DNA of 64,000 nucleotides from an uncultured virus (IMG/VR IMGVR_UViG_3300031659_000001) (IMGVR_UViG_3300031659_000001), one strand, 5' to 3'; positions 18,827 to 29,463 are shown, counted from the stretch's first letter. Notes: generated by a model from the sequence alone, not told the origin. Numbers and translations: made by a program.

Positions 18827-20400
18827 CCTTGTCTTGGGCCGCCCTTGCGGGATGAAATTACATCGTCAATACGGAGAATCATGGTCGCTGTTTCGACAGC
18901 AGACTTCAATGCCTGTTCTACAACACGCTTTGGTTCATAGACACCGGCTTCGCCCATGTGCATGACACCGCCACTCTCGACATTGACACCGTGGTTATGC
19001 AAACCTTCGCTGTGTGCCTTGCGTAGTGCCATCATCTCATCAACGGGGTCAAGACCACCGTTTTCAGCGAGTGTGCGTGGGATTACCTCAAGTGCTTGAG
19101 AGAAAGCCTCCATAGCCATGCGCTCACGGCCACCGATAGTAAGTGCATAGTCAGCAAGATCACGACTCAAAGCGGCGTAGATAGAACCGCCACCAGTGAG
19201 AACCTTACCGTCTTCGTATGCAATAGCCACTACACCTACTGCGTCTTCAAAGGCTCGTTCAATTTCTTCAACGAAAGGTGCTGTGCCGCCTCTAAGAAGC
19301 AGTGTAACAGCCGAAGAGTTAGGTGTGGAGAAGAAAGACATAGGCATTTCACCAACCTTCTTCTCTTCTAATGATTCACATAGACCGAGGGCGTCTTCGG
19401 CATCGTCAAGGTTGTTGATGATACCTGCGCCAGTAGCACGGGCTAAGGACTCCATATCGGAACGCTTGACCTTTTCGAGTCCAAAAATACTTGCTTTGGA
19501 TAGATAGTGTTTTGCGAGGTCATCTATTCCCTTTTGACAGACAACGATTTTTGCTCCGCTTGCTATAATCCTCTCAACCAGTTCACGGATGTAGCCTTCT
19601 TCTTGTTCTAAGAAAGCAGTGATTTGGTTTGGATCTGTGATTTGGATGTTCGCATCCATTTCGGTTGTCTTGACTTCAAGTGGGAAATCAATGAGTAGAA
19701 CCTTACCGTTGCTGATAGCACTTGGCATACCACTGTGGCAACGCTCTTTATCAACAATAATGCCGCTAATGAGTTCGCTGTCGTGTGCGTCGCCGCCAAC
19801 AGCCTTTACCACATTGATTTGCGTTAAATCAACCGCACCGTCTTGAGAAAGACTGGAAACAGCATCGACACAGATAGCACCAAGGTGATCTTTGATAGAT
19901 GTTGATGATTTGCCAGTAAGGGCAGTAGTAGCGATAGAAAGCAAACGGTCTTCACTGTTTTCAGCATATCCCTCTAATTTGGCGTTTATGTATTGTCCAC
20001 CGTCACGGAATGCCGAGCAAATTGTTGTCGGATGAATGTTTTGGGTAATGAGTTCTTCCGACTTCTTTAGGAGTTCACCAGCAAGGATAACAGCACTGGT
20101 TGTCCCGTCATAGCATTCTTGCTCTTGAGTCTTCGCCACTTCGATAATCATTTTCGCCGCAGGATGGTCGATGTCCATTTCACGAAGAATTGTAGCACCA
20201 TCGTTGGTGATGATGACATCTCCGCCTTCATCAACAAGCATCTTGTCCATTCCTTTTGGCCCAAGTGTGCTTCTCACTGCATCAGCGACCGCTTTTGCGG
20301 CGGCTATGTTATTCGACTGTGCCACTCGTCCGTGGCTTCGCTCGGTTCCTTCCTTTAGAATGAAGATTGGTTGTTGGCCGCTTTGCATCATGTTGCTCAA
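18823..20400 (-). CDS. ths: Group II chaperonin (thermosome subunit)
   Basis: [27 protein letters not shown], helical protrusion, [12 protein letters not shown]; start could be ATG at 20391. Confidence 0.97.
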
Positions 20401-20498
20401 CCAACGCTCATCAGCAGTGGCTTATCAACCTTGTGAGTGTTCACACACCTAACACACCAATAACAATCTATTTGAAACCGACAGGGTATAGCCCTCCT

Positions 20499-21773
20499 AT
20501 GCCGAGTATCAGCCCTCGCCCTATGCCGCCCGACGGGCGACCCCGGATAAGGCTACAACCGGCACCTATTGAGCCGATGGACTTGCTTGGGTCGCCTATT
20601 ACTATTGAAGGCGAAGAAGACACCGAGAAAAAGGAATACGACCATTCCAGCGACGATGACATAGCCGCATCAGCAGATCCGTTTGAAGTAGCATGGGACA
20701 CCATGCAAAAGACCGTCGGTCGTGACGATTTCCAATACAACCTCAATATAGAACCACACCAATTATCAACACAGTTCGGTAATTTGCCACCAAGCGTAGG
20801 ACTACGGGTTGGAGGCCAAATACCAATCAAGCAAGCAATCTCCCATGTTGAGGGGCTGGATGACAAAGAAACCTATGCACGCACTAAAGGATGGGAAACC
20901 GCCGAGGATGTTGGTTTGCGTATTGAGGACTTTGACAATGACGAAGAATGGCTTAGAGAAGAAATGGCCGCCGCCGGAGTGGGATATAGTGTTGAAGATT
21001 ATTTAGATACAGAACTCCCTTATTTCAATTCACACCACGCACAGGGTATGAACAAAAGACCATTCCCTCCGCAAGCCGATGAAATCGGTATTAACATGGA
21101 ATCAAGCGGCCCACATTGGCGAGAAGCATACGCCTCCGTAGTTCAAGACCAATTACTCAATACACTCGACCAAAGGCGTGAGGCAGGTGCCGGAATGGCT
21201 TCTGTTTCAGCAGGGACAATAGATGGATTGGGGGGCGGCCCTATGGTTGAGGTGAACCCAGCATTCACTGGAATGGGCTTAGGGTATTCCACATTGGGTG
21301 CTTTGTTGGAAAACACTGGCCGTATCAAAGAATCCTATTTGAGTCCCGGTGGCCTTGCCACAGTGCAGGGTTTAGGGCGTAAGTTGGATGAACAAGGCAT
21401 CGACCACAAATTGGACATAAGCCCCAGCACACTCCGTGAACGAATGACCCCTCAAGAAAGAATACAGAATTGGCATCAAGCCGACGCCCGCTATCCACAC
21501 CGAGGGGATGTAGGTATGTCAATTGCCGAAGGAACTCGCTTAACCCCTCACACACCAACGAGGGTTGGAGTGAGAGATCAATCACTTTCTCAAATGAGAG
21601 ATGGTGAAGACGCAATCCCTGTATCACGGATGAAAGCAATACTTGAAGCACAGGATAGAGAGCGTGAAATCCTTACAAGTGGAAAAACACCTCCCTCCTT
21701 TGCTTCACAATTCCACGCACCATTTTCAAAACCACCATGGCGTGACCTCATTGACTGGGGGAAGAATCAATGA
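20499..21773 (+). CDS. Internally tagged GNAT-like protein
   Basis: ASADPFEVAWDTMQK; VEVNPAFTGMGLGY...LSPGG. Confidence 0.55.
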   Translation: MPSISPRPMPPDGRPRIRLQPAPIEPMDLLGSPITIEGEEDTEKKEYDHSSDDDIAASADPFEVAWDTMQKTVGRDDFQYNLNIEPHQLSTQFGNLPPSVGLRVGGQIPIKQAISHVEGLDDKETYARTKGWETAEDVGLRIEDFDNDEEWLREEMAAAGVGYSVEDYLDTELPYFNSHHAQGMNKRPFPPQADEIGINMESSGPHWREAYASVVQDQLLNTLDQRREAGAGMASVSAGTIDGLGGGPMVEVNPAFTGMGLGYSTLGALLENTGRIKESYLSPGGLATVQGLGRKLDEQGIDHKLDISPSTLRERMTPQERIQNWHQADARYPHRGDVGMSIAEGTRLTPHTPTRVGVRDQSLSQMRDGEDAIPVSRMKAILEAQDREREILTSGKTPPSFASQFHAPFSKPPWRDLIDWGKNQ

Positions 21774-22192
21774 ACGCCATTGATGCCGGTTTTCGTGTTT
21801 TGAAAGGCGTCGAGGATTTAGACGACCTACCCGATGAAAACAAAGGTGGGAGTTGTTACCATAACGCATACAATTACATGTGCGCTAATCCAAACCATAC
21901 ACTGGTTCACGCCCAAGTGTCCCCAACCGTTGGGCCATTGGCCGGTCGTTCCTATGGACACGCCTTTACAACCTTCATGGGTGAGGATGGAAAGAAAATG
22001 GTTCACGATCCAAGCAGTGGGATGACACTACCTGCTGATGTGTTTTACGGGATAGGGCAAATCAGTGCCCCGAACATGGTTGAATACACCCAAGAAGAAA
22101 TGTTCCGACAAGCGGTCGAGAGCGAAACTTCGGGGCCGTGGGATGCTATGGCCGATGAATGGACTCATAGCAAACGAAGGGAGGAAGAGTAA
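21770..22192 (+). CDS. Tagged papain/transglutaminase-like Cys-His-Asp enzyme
   Basis: Tag MNAIDAGFRVLK; GSCYHNA...YGHAF...VHDPS. Confidence 0.6.
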   Translation: MNAIDAGFRVLKGVEDLDDLPDENKGGSCYHNAYNYMCANPNHTLVHAQVSPTVGPLAGRSYGHAFTTFMGEDGKKMVHDPSSGMTLPADVFYGIGQISAPNMVEYTQEEMFRQAVESETSGPWDAMADEWTHSKRREEE

Positions 22193-23362
22193 ATGGTTTT
22201 GCCGAGATACAAGGGACACCGCACAGGTCGCCGTATTGACGCCGCCGAAATGGCCGCTATGCGTGCCGACATGTCGGGTGCTAAAGGTATGGCACCCATC
22301 GTTCGACACACTGGCTCCAAAAATAAACCACATTATAGGATGGTTCAAAGGAACTTTGCCGATAAAGCCGGTATTGATGGCCTACAAGTTCCCTATGGCG
22401 GCCCTGCTAATGACATACTCAACATTTTGCCACAGGGTTCGAGCGACTACAATGAAATGGATGCCGGAACCGCCGCTTTGGTTGAGGCCATGTCTAATCA
22501 AGGAACACAAGGTATTGACATTGATTGGAGTATGTTGCAGGGTCTAAACGATCAACAATTGAAAGACCATTGGAGAACACAAATAAGAGGCCCGAATGTC
22601 ACTGAAAGAAAGCGTGGAGATGCTGTCCCCCCCGATACCTTGGCTTATTATGATACATTGATGAGAGATGGTGAACCACGCTCCGAGTCTATGCGCCTTG
22701 CCCAAGCACTCAACCTTTTTCGCAATAAGCGTGCGGGACATGTGGGACAAATCCGCCATAACAAAGTTGGTAATGAACACGAAGGAATGCTGTGGCCGAG
22801 CAACCCACCCGATGTCAAAACCATGCAATCCTTACCCTCAATGGAAAACCTGTTGAATTACAGGGAACCTCTCAAAAATGTGAATGTGCGCCAAGGCGAT
22901 GGTGCCGAAGCACTGGCCGAATGGGATATTGACAATAAAGCAGGAGTTATCAATGACCCTCCTTATTCGGGGCAACCCGGCACTTACGGTGAGGGTTTCG
23001 ATCCAAGACAGATGTTCCGCCAATTAGAGGAAAGAATACAAGAAGGCCAGCCTGTATTGGCCTTTGACAGTATCGACCCCATCGAACAATACAAGGATAT
23101 TGGCCTTGACACTACCGTCATTCAACGCCCCGATAATGTATCGGGAAACCCCGAAAAGCGTGGCCCCAAACCCGAAATGATAGGTGTTGCGAATGTGGAC
23201 GACTTTGACGGTCATTCTATCAATCAATTATTGCAGACCTACGGCTACGGTAAGTTCCTCCCGAAAGAAGGTTCACAGACAGCATTATTGGACTTTGAAC
23301 TCTCCGAACCCCAAAACGCCTTTGAACAAGGGTGGGCTGTGCTGAAACAGGGGGGACAATGA
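22193..23362 (+). CDS. Dam-like (D12/alpha class) DNA adenine methyltransferase with C-terminal tag
   Basis: RHTGSK, VPYGG (degenerate FxGxG), NDPPY; C-terminal QNAFEQGWAVLK. Confidence 0.7.
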   Translation: MVLPRYKGHRTGRRIDAAEMAAMRADMSGAKGMAPIVRHTGSKNKPHYRMVQRNFADKAGIDGLQVPYGGPANDILNILPQGSSDYNEMDAGTAALVEAMSNQGTQGIDIDWSMLQGLNDQQLKDHWRTQIRGPNVTERKRGDAVPPDTLAYYDTLMRDGEPRSESMRLAQALNLFRNKRAGHVGQIRHNKVGNEHEGMLWPSNPPDVKTMQSLPSMENLLNYREPLKNVNVRQGDGAEALAEWDIDNKAGVINDPPYSGQPGTYGEGFDPRQMFRQLEERIQEGQPVLAFDSIDPIEQYKDIGLDTTVIQRPDNVSGNPEKRGPKPEMIGVANVDDFDGHSINQLLQTYGYGKFLPKEGSQTALLDFELSEPQNAFEQGWAVLKQGGQ

Positions 23363-25386
23363 TGACAGGGCCGTTTGACTGGAAATATACCGCCCGTGGT
23401 AAGAAAGAAGACGCCGCAGGTAATGTTCCAAAAGACGACTCTATCGCCTCCTTTCGCAACATAAGTCAAGCATCACCGGGTCGTGATTTGCGTTTGCCTC
23501 CGGGTCTAAGGCCCGAACACTTTGATGAGTTCCCATCGGATCCAAAAGACCCCGCTAAGAGAGGGCCGGGTATGATGGCGGTTCAACGAAGGCTTGTTGG
23601 AGGGGGTGCGCCTGTAAGCACCGAAGTCGCTTCACAGGTTCCTATACATGATCCTATGGTGTCTGTTGATCGAAACTCACAGCGTGACGCTTTGCATGGC
23701 AATAAGCGTTGGAGGGAGGGCGAAAGAAAACTGCCAGCAAGGGGGCCGGGTCGCACATTACACGCCCCGATTTCCGGTCGGCTTGATGTTTCCGAATCCC
23801 AACAATACCTTTTAGGCGACGAACTACCCCAAGATGTCCATAATTATGATGTGGAAATGGACGCCAACGGCAACGCAAGAGTTCTTGATGAAGAGGGCTG
23901 GCAAGCCGACTTGGTGACATACCGCCCATTTTACCATGATGAACAAGGTAATATCGTTTATCGGGATGATGTAAAGGAAGAACCTGTCGAGGATCACAAG
24001 GACTTGGGAATACACCCACTGTTCGGGCGAAGAAGTAAAACTCAAACGGAACACATGGGCCGACCATTACCTCATCAAATATCGGGAACTGGTGATTTCG
24101 CCATGCTCCCTGCTGGCCCTGTTGGTGAAATGGCCGAACCAATACCTATTGGACAGGGAACACGCTTCGATGGTAATACGGGTATTGTCACCCCACACGG
24201 TATGTATTTTCCAAAGGGCATAGATTTCACCAATGTTGTCCGACGAAGTGATTCATTATTCAGTCTTGGTGAGGTTCTCATCAAAGCACTGGGAGATCCC
24301 GGTGAAATAGGTTGGTGGGACAAAAGGTTGAACCAAAGCGGAAAGGGGCCGGGTCACGGGCGTGATGTTTTCAATTGGGTCGAAGCGAACAAAGATAAGA
24401 CCGACCAATTCGACACAGACTTCAATGTGAACTATCCCCTTGAAGGAATAGACGACTACTTTCCCGATTTTAGAACACTGATACAAGGCGGGAATATGAA
24501 ACAACAGGCTGAAAGAACAATAGGTAGCCCATTGGGTGATAATTCAAAAATGCCCGGAGCGCATCAAAACTTCCCTACTCACATGTGTGGTGTCGGTAGT
24601 AAAATGAGAGAGGTTGCAGGTGCTACCTGTGAGAACTGTTATGCTCACGATCATGGTCGTGCGTCTATGAATCAAAAACAAATAGCCAATTGGCGAAACG
24701 CCATCGCTTTGAGGACTCCCGAAAACATCGAAGACATGGTTCGCTATGGTTCGGCTTTGGGGAATAGGATGTCCTCATCAGTGTTAGACCACGGAACCGA
24801 TTTATTCCGCTTCTTTGAGTCGGGTGATTTACAAGGTAAAACAAGTGAAGACAAAGCCAAACATCTCTCCCTTCTCTCCGATACCATGAGAACAATAGGT
24901 GCAAAGAGTCCTTTGAAAAGTAGGGCATGGTTGCCTACCCGTGAAGCCCAAGCACTGAACATGTTCCTTCAATCAAGTGGCAGGGACTATGACACCGCCA
25001 TACCCGACAACCTGTCTGTTTCATTGAGCGCACCGTTTGTCGGTCAAGGGGCCGATAATGACCGAAACCAAGAATTGGGCCTACCCAAATTATCATCGGC
25101 ATTCCAACAAGCGACAGAACATCCCAATGTCACCGCTTCGTTCGTTGGAGCCGAAGACACCCCCGGAACACACATTTGCCCTGTATCAATAGCGGGTGGT
25201 TCGTGTATGGATCATAACTGCGAAGCATGTTGGGGTGACAAACCTGTTTCATATAACCCTCATATCGCTGGAAGCAAAAACCAACAAGTGCGTTTGAAAA
25301 CTGGCGGCAACATCGACTACGATAAAAACATGAAGCCTTTATTCCCAATCAACCTCGACCAGCAACGGTTGAACGATATTCTCTAA
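23359..25386 (+). CDS. Protein with C-terminal phage Gp88-like Cys-rich domain
   Basis: CGVGSKM...CENCYA, FRFFESGD, WLPTRE, CP...C...CEACW. Confidence 0.65.
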   Translation: MMTGPFDWKYTARGKKEDAAGNVPKDDSIASFRNISQASPGRDLRLPPGLRPEHFDEFPSDPKDPAKRGPGMMAVQRRLVGGGAPVSTEVASQVPIHDPMVSVDRNSQRDALHGNKRWREGERKLPARGPGRTLHAPISGRLDVSESQQYLLGDELPQDVHNYDVEMDANGNARVLDEEGWQADLVTYRPFYHDEQGNIVYRDDVKEEPVEDHKDLGIHPLFGRRSKTQTEHMGRPLPHQISGTGDFAMLPAGPVGEMAEPIPIGQGTRFDGNTGIVTPHGMYFPKGIDFTNVVRRSDSLFSLGEVLIKALGDPGEIGWWDKRLNQSGKGPGHGRDVFNWVEANKDKTDQFDTDFNVNYPLEGIDDYFPDFRTLIQGGNMKQQAERTIGSPLGDNSKMPGAHQNFPTHMCGVGSKMREVAGATCENCYAHDHGRASMNQKQIANWRNAIALRTPENIEDMVRYGSALGNRMSSSVLDHGTDLFRFFESGDLQGKTSEDKAKHLSLLSDTMRTIGAKSPLKSRAWLPTREAQALNMFLQSSGRDYDTAIPDNLSVSLSAPFVGQGADNDRNQELGLPKLSSAFQQATEHPNVTASFVGAEDTPGTHICPVSIAGGSCMDHNCEACWGDKPVSYNPHIAGSKNQQVRLKTGGNIDYDKNMKPLFPINLDQQRLNDIL

Positions 25387-25958
25387 GGGACTGTCGGTGA
25401 TGTGTGAACAGTGTGTGAAACACTGGACGCATTTGTAGCACCATTAGTTCCTTCACAGATTTGTAATTGAAGAATCAAAGAGTTCAGCAAGTATGCGGTT
25501 TCGGTATTAGCCGACACATTGTTTGCCGCCGCCCACTGGCTCAACCAAGTGATGTCGCTATCGAACAAACGCTGTGGGCGTGTGATGTTGGCAATAAGTA
25601 ATTGGTCGTCTATCCATGACGCCTCGGCTTGAAGTATGCTTTCGGCCCCATTCATCAGTGAAACCCATGCGGCTGTGCCTGTTGGTTGGTTCGTAGTAGT
25701 AGTGTAAAGTGGGTGGTTGAAATACGCCAACACTGCGATTGCCGCTTTATAGTCAAAGTCGGCGGCTAAGGACTCATCGGTGTGGCGTTGGATCCACGAA
25801 GAAAGGAGAGAACTGCTGTTCGGTGAGGCATTTACAACATATTGATATGAGCGCATAGCGGTCACAGCGTCCGGCACATTTGGGGTCGTCATGTGAACCC
25901 CCACGCCCACCATGTTCATAATCATAACCTTCATAGCCCTAACACTACTGGCATACAT
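25383..25958 (-). CDS. Hypothetical protein (start uncertain, possibly the MTTPNV methionine)
   Basis: Only long ORF in the interval; protein-like composition. Confidence 0.55.
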   Translation of the reverse strand: MYASSVRAMKVMIMNMVGVGVHMTTPNVPDAVTAMRSYQYVVNASPNSSSLLSSWIQRHTDESLAADFDYKAAIAVLAYFNHPLYTTTTNQPTGTAAWVSLMNGAESILQAEASWIDDQLLIANITRPQRLFDSDITWLSQWAAANNVSANTETAYLLNSLILQLQICEGTNGATNASSVSHTVHTSPTVP

Positions 25959-25960
25959 AC

Positions 25961-26107
25961 ATGAGCCGTCATGTATCAGTAGTTATGCCCGACGATTTGT
26001 TCGCTAAAGTAGAAGCGGCAAGAGGTCGGGAATCGAAGTCATCCTTCGTGTGTTTCATACTTAAGGAGTATTTTGAAAATAAAAAGAAAAATGGAGATGA
26101 ACAGTAA
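25961..26107 (+). CDS. Ribbon-helix-helix (CopG-like) DNA-binding protein
   Basis: Read manually: MSRHVSVVMPDDLFAKVEAARGRESKSSFVCFILKEYF...; stop overlaps next ATG. Confidence 0.7.
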   Translation: MSRHVSVVMPDDLFAKVEAARGRESKSSFVCFILKEYFENKKKNGDEQ

Positions 26108-26583
26108 TGCAAGCCCCAAACGCACCCCAACCTGCACAGATGCCTCCGTGGGCCAACAACGGCGGCGACGACAATAACCGGATCGACATCAATTTGATTG
26201 CTATGTTATTATGGCAATCACTCTTAACTGGCGTTTCGGTAACAATATCGCATCTACAATGGTATCTACCGGGAGCAAGCCCCGGTGAGATGGGTCTTCA
26301 ATACGGGCTTATAGCATTCGGTTTCCTTTGTATCTCTATGGTTTTATTCCATGTTGGGGGTATTCGTGACTCCCTTGCACTACGAGCCGAGTTCTCTCAA
26401 GAAGGTCGCTATGACAAGTGGCACCGTAACCAACAAAGACTACAACAGCGTCGTTCTCGAAAAGACTACAACATGAGCCAAGAATCGCAAATGTATAAGC
26501 AACAGGCGTGGAATGATCCTTCTCAACAGACATTCGGGCTACCAAACACCGAAGAACCCAAAAAGGAAGAACCAGCACAGTGA
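26107..26583 (+). CDS. Two-transmembrane protein
   Basis: Two hydrophobic segments and a Q/R-rich tail. Confidence 0.75.
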   Translation: MQAPNAPQPAQMPPWANNGGDDNNRIDINLIAMLLWQSLLTGVSVTISHLQWYLPGASPGEMGLQYGLIAFGFLCISMVLFHVGGIRDSLALRAEFSQEGRYDKWHRNQQRLQQRRSRKDYNMSQESQMYKQQAWNDPSQQTFGLPNTEEPKKEEPAQ

Positions 26584-26598
26584 TAGTGAGGGAAACCC

Positions 26599-26820
26599 AT
26601 GTGGCCTTTCAACACACAACAAGAACGACAAGCCGAAGCGATGTCAGCCATTCTTGCCGAGAACGCATATGATCGAAGGATGGAAAGAGCCGCTTGGTCT
26701 GTGAAAACAGCCTTAGCCTTTCTTGGCGGAATGGCCTTAACCTTCTTCATACTACTTGGAATGGACACATGGCTCTCCATAAACCCAACAAGCGTTTGGG
26801 AATGGATCAGGGGGAAGTGA
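26599..26820 (+). CDS. Small membrane protein
   Basis: One hydrophobic helix; in operon context. Confidence 0.7.
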   Translation: MWPFNTQQERQAEAMSAILAENAYDRRMERAAWSVKTALAFLGGMALTFFILLGMDTWLSINPTSVWEWIRGK

Positions 26821-26825
26821 AGTGA

Positions 26826-27551
26826 ATGTCTTGGATGTTTGCAGGACACCTATTGATGGGGTCGGCTCAAATAGCCGCCTATGTCTATCGTTTGCTACGG
26901 CCTCATAGAGTAGCCATTTACGGCCCTTCTTTGGCCGGTAAGACAACACTCGACCAATACCTTACTGTTCCCGGTGACATCGACCCAATCCCATTGGAAT
27001 TGAGAACTACACACCCTGTTAAGAACGGGTCATACCTAATGCCACACGGTTCAAAGAAACAAGTGCGGTGGAAGGGAGAAAGGGTTCCTATTTCTACAAC
27101 CGACATCGGGGGACAATCCCAATACTGGAACATGTGGGCCGAAGACATGCTCAATAGAAACGCTTCCATTGTCTTTTTCGTGGTGGATGATAGGGTAGGA
27201 TGGTCGGAACCCGCTATGCAAGAAGCGGTTGCTGGTTTCAAATACCTTACAGACATTATAGTCAATCATAGGTTCCCCTCAACATTTACACGCTCTATGA
27301 AGAAACAAGCAAAGAACTACAAACCAAAGGTAGTGTGTTTAGTGTTGAATAAAATGGATCTGTGGTGGACTAACGAATGTCAGCAAATGTGGGACTTGGG
27401 TTTGAAACGCCAACATCCTATGGTTATGCCCTTTCAAACAGATATGAGACGCTTGAGAAGGGCGGCAATAGCGACCAATGTCGAGGCTATGGCGGCTCAA
27501 TATGGACTAAATGTGGAGGCTGGCGTTATACGGACTATTGACATGATGTGA
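26826..27551 (+). CDS. Small Ras/Arf-like GTPase
   Basis: G1 GPSLAGKTT, G2 RTT, G3 DIGGQ, FFVVD, G4 NKMD; hydrophobic N-terminal helix. Confidence 0.85.
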   Translation: MSWMFAGHLLMGSAQIAAYVYRLLRPHRVAIYGPSLAGKTTLDQYLTVPGDIDPIPLELRTTHPVKNGSYLMPHGSKKQVRWKGERVPISTTDIGGQSQYWNMWAEDMLNRNASIVFFVVDDRVGWSEPAMQEAVAGFKYLTDIIVNHRFPSTFTRSMKKQAKNYKPKVVCLVLNKMDLWWTNECQQMWDLGLKRQHPMVMPFQTDMRRLRRAAIATNVEAMAAQYGLNVEAGVIRTIDMM

Positions 27552-27606
27552 AGGGGAATCCTTTTCATGTTGTCAGTCCTCACAGGGTCATAGGCGGTGA
27601 TGAAAC

Positions 27607-28512
27607 ATGAGGCTTAATCCATTCGGCGGCGGTATTACATTAAACGGCTTAAGTGACGAAGAGTTGAAAATACTTGCCGCACATACTGGTGTTTCGTTTG
27701 CTATGTTAAAGACCCAACAGCGAGCCGAGATGGCAACCGCAGGTTCCACTGGTGGAGTAGAAGGAGAAGCCCTCATCCCCACTGTCGAATTGAAACTTGT
27801 CACCAATGTCAATAATCCACGCAAAGCCCGTAAAAAGAACATTAAGAAAATGAGAAAGGCACTACGCCCTCCAAACTACAATTTGGGCTTATTCAAAATC
27901 TACCGCTACAATGCCGCACATGAATGCTCTTGCTGTGGTGTTGATGTGCGCCGTTTCCTTGAAGGAGACAACGCATACAACCACATTGTTGATGAAAAGA
28001 CAGGTTTGTCTTTAGCCGACATCTATTGGTTTGACGAGGATTCGGGACAGGCTCGCAAGCCACACGCCCGAACACACGGCGATCACGGCGACGAAATGAA
28101 CAGCACACTATGTCCAGCACACCTTCACATATTCCATACACTGTATTGTATGGTCGAGGAACATGAGATGGAAAACGAGGGATTCGGCAAGGCGGTGTCA
28201 AAAGGAACCCGTTTCTTGAAGGTTCCGGGTTTGAATAGAAGTCAAGCAAAAAACCGTTCCACACCGGAGTCATTAGCAAAGTATGGCACTTTTTTCCAAA
28301 TGATTCAAAAGGACGCTCAATACTCAAAGGGTGTCTCCTTGACACAACACGCAAACCCAATTACTGGTGTTGCTGATCTGGTGACTGTGACCTTCGATAT
28401 GAGAGCCATGCAATTGGAACAGATGGCGCAACAACAATCTATGATGGGCGTTTCCCCTCAAGACATGCAAGGCACCATGGTGCCCCAAGAGCCAATGATG
28501 GCACAACAATAA
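27607..28512 (+). CDS. Hypothetical Zn-binding protein
   Basis: CSCC...CPAH; Q/M-rich C-terminus; GGTGA RBS. Confidence 0.75.
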   Translation: MRLNPFGGGITLNGLSDEELKILAAHTGVSFAMLKTQQRAEMATAGSTGGVEGEALIPTVELKLVTNVNNPRKARKKNIKKMRKALRPPNYNLGLFKIYRYNAAHECSCCGVDVRRFLEGDNAYNHIVDEKTGLSLADIYWFDEDSGQARKPHARTHGDHGDEMNSTLCPAHLHIFHTLYCMVEEHEMENEGFGKAVSKGTRFLKVPGLNRSQAKNRSTPESLAKYGTFFQMIQKDAQYSKGVSLTQHANPITGVADLVTVTFDMRAMQLEQMAQQQSMMGVSPQDMQGTMVPQEPMMAQQ

Positions 28513-28522
28513 GGTGAGAATA

Positions 28523-29191
28523 ATGGGACTATTTGGATTTGGAAATAAACCGCAAACGACACAGCAATTTGGTGCCCCTTCTTTGGCCGCACAGCAAAAC
28601 TACGGACAACAGAACATGATGGGCTACGGACAACAACAGCCAATGGGAATGGGTGGAGGACTTGGGATGATGCAACAAGCAAACAACCCTATGATGCAAC
28701 AGGCCGCCAACGATCCAATTGTAGCAACATCTCAATTACTTGGTATGTATGACCCAATGTCAGCGTTTGTAGTCAGCAATAACATGGCTTTGGTTTTAGA
28801 CTTAGTAGGAGAAATTGTCCAATTATCAATCAAAGAGTTCTTCAATAATGTTTCATTCAAAATCGAGGATAACAAAATGACCCTCGATGCTTCTTCTATG
28901 CCAAATGAACTCCAAACAATGTCACCGGAAAATCTCGCCTTGACACTACAAAAGGTTCAATCGTCGGCACAGAATGTTCTAAACACCAATCAACAGCAAT
29001 TACAAATGTTCCTTGCCGCACATCAGCAAGGTTCTATGCAATCACAGATGATGCAACAACAGCAACAGCCGGGATTCTTCGGTAGTATGCTTGGTGGAAT
29101 GATGGGCAACGCAGTTCAAGGCCAAGGTGGCTTTGGTGCTACTATGGGACACGGGGTCAATATGGCCGCTAAAGCAGGAACAGTCCTTTGA
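28523..29191 (+). CDS. Gln/Met/Gly-rich hypothetical protein
   Basis: GGTGA RBS before MGLFGFG; low-complexity ends. Confidence 0.75.
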   Translation: MGLFGFGNKPQTTQQFGAPSLAAQQNYGQQNMMGYGQQQPMGMGGGLGMMQQANNPMMQQAANDPIVATSQLLGMYDPMSAFVVSNNMALVLDLVGEIVQLSIKEFFNNVSFKIEDNKMTLDASSMPNELQTMSPENLALTLQKVQSSAQNVLNTNQQQLQMFLAAHQQGSMQSQMMQQQQQPGFFGSMLGGMMGNAVQGQGGFGATMGHGVNMAAKAGTVL

Positions 29192-29202
29192 GGTGATGAA
29201 CA

Positions 29203-29463
29203 ATGACAAATGAAAAACCAAATCAACCAGCAATAAACGCAGAAGTATCATGGTCTTCGGCCACGATTGACATTTTGAGTCCAAAGAAACTACTTGTTGA
29301 AAGTGCAACGATGATCTACATCATAGCATTCATTCTCTTCTCATTCGTGGTATTAGTATGGAAAGGGCCAGCCTTGGGAACAAGCGCAGTAATGGCTATG
29401 TTCTTCGGTCTAATACTTACCTCCGTTATAGCAATACGACAATACGCATCCTTTCGCTATTGA
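29203..29463 (+). CDS. Two-transmembrane protein; possible +1 frameshift extension to 29647
   Basis: GAGGTGA RBS; two hydrophobic helices; ends TCC TTT CGC TAT TGA. Confidence 0.75.
   Translation: MTNEKPNQPAINAEVSWSSATIDILSPKKLLVESATMIYIIAFILFSFVVLVWKGPALGTSAVMAMFFGLILTSVIAIRQYASFRY

Noticed and set aside
18823..20400. Window as a host chromosome fragment because of thermosome and HMG-CoA lyase
   Set aside because: Both genes are embedded among viral genes and share the same apparent motif avoidance.
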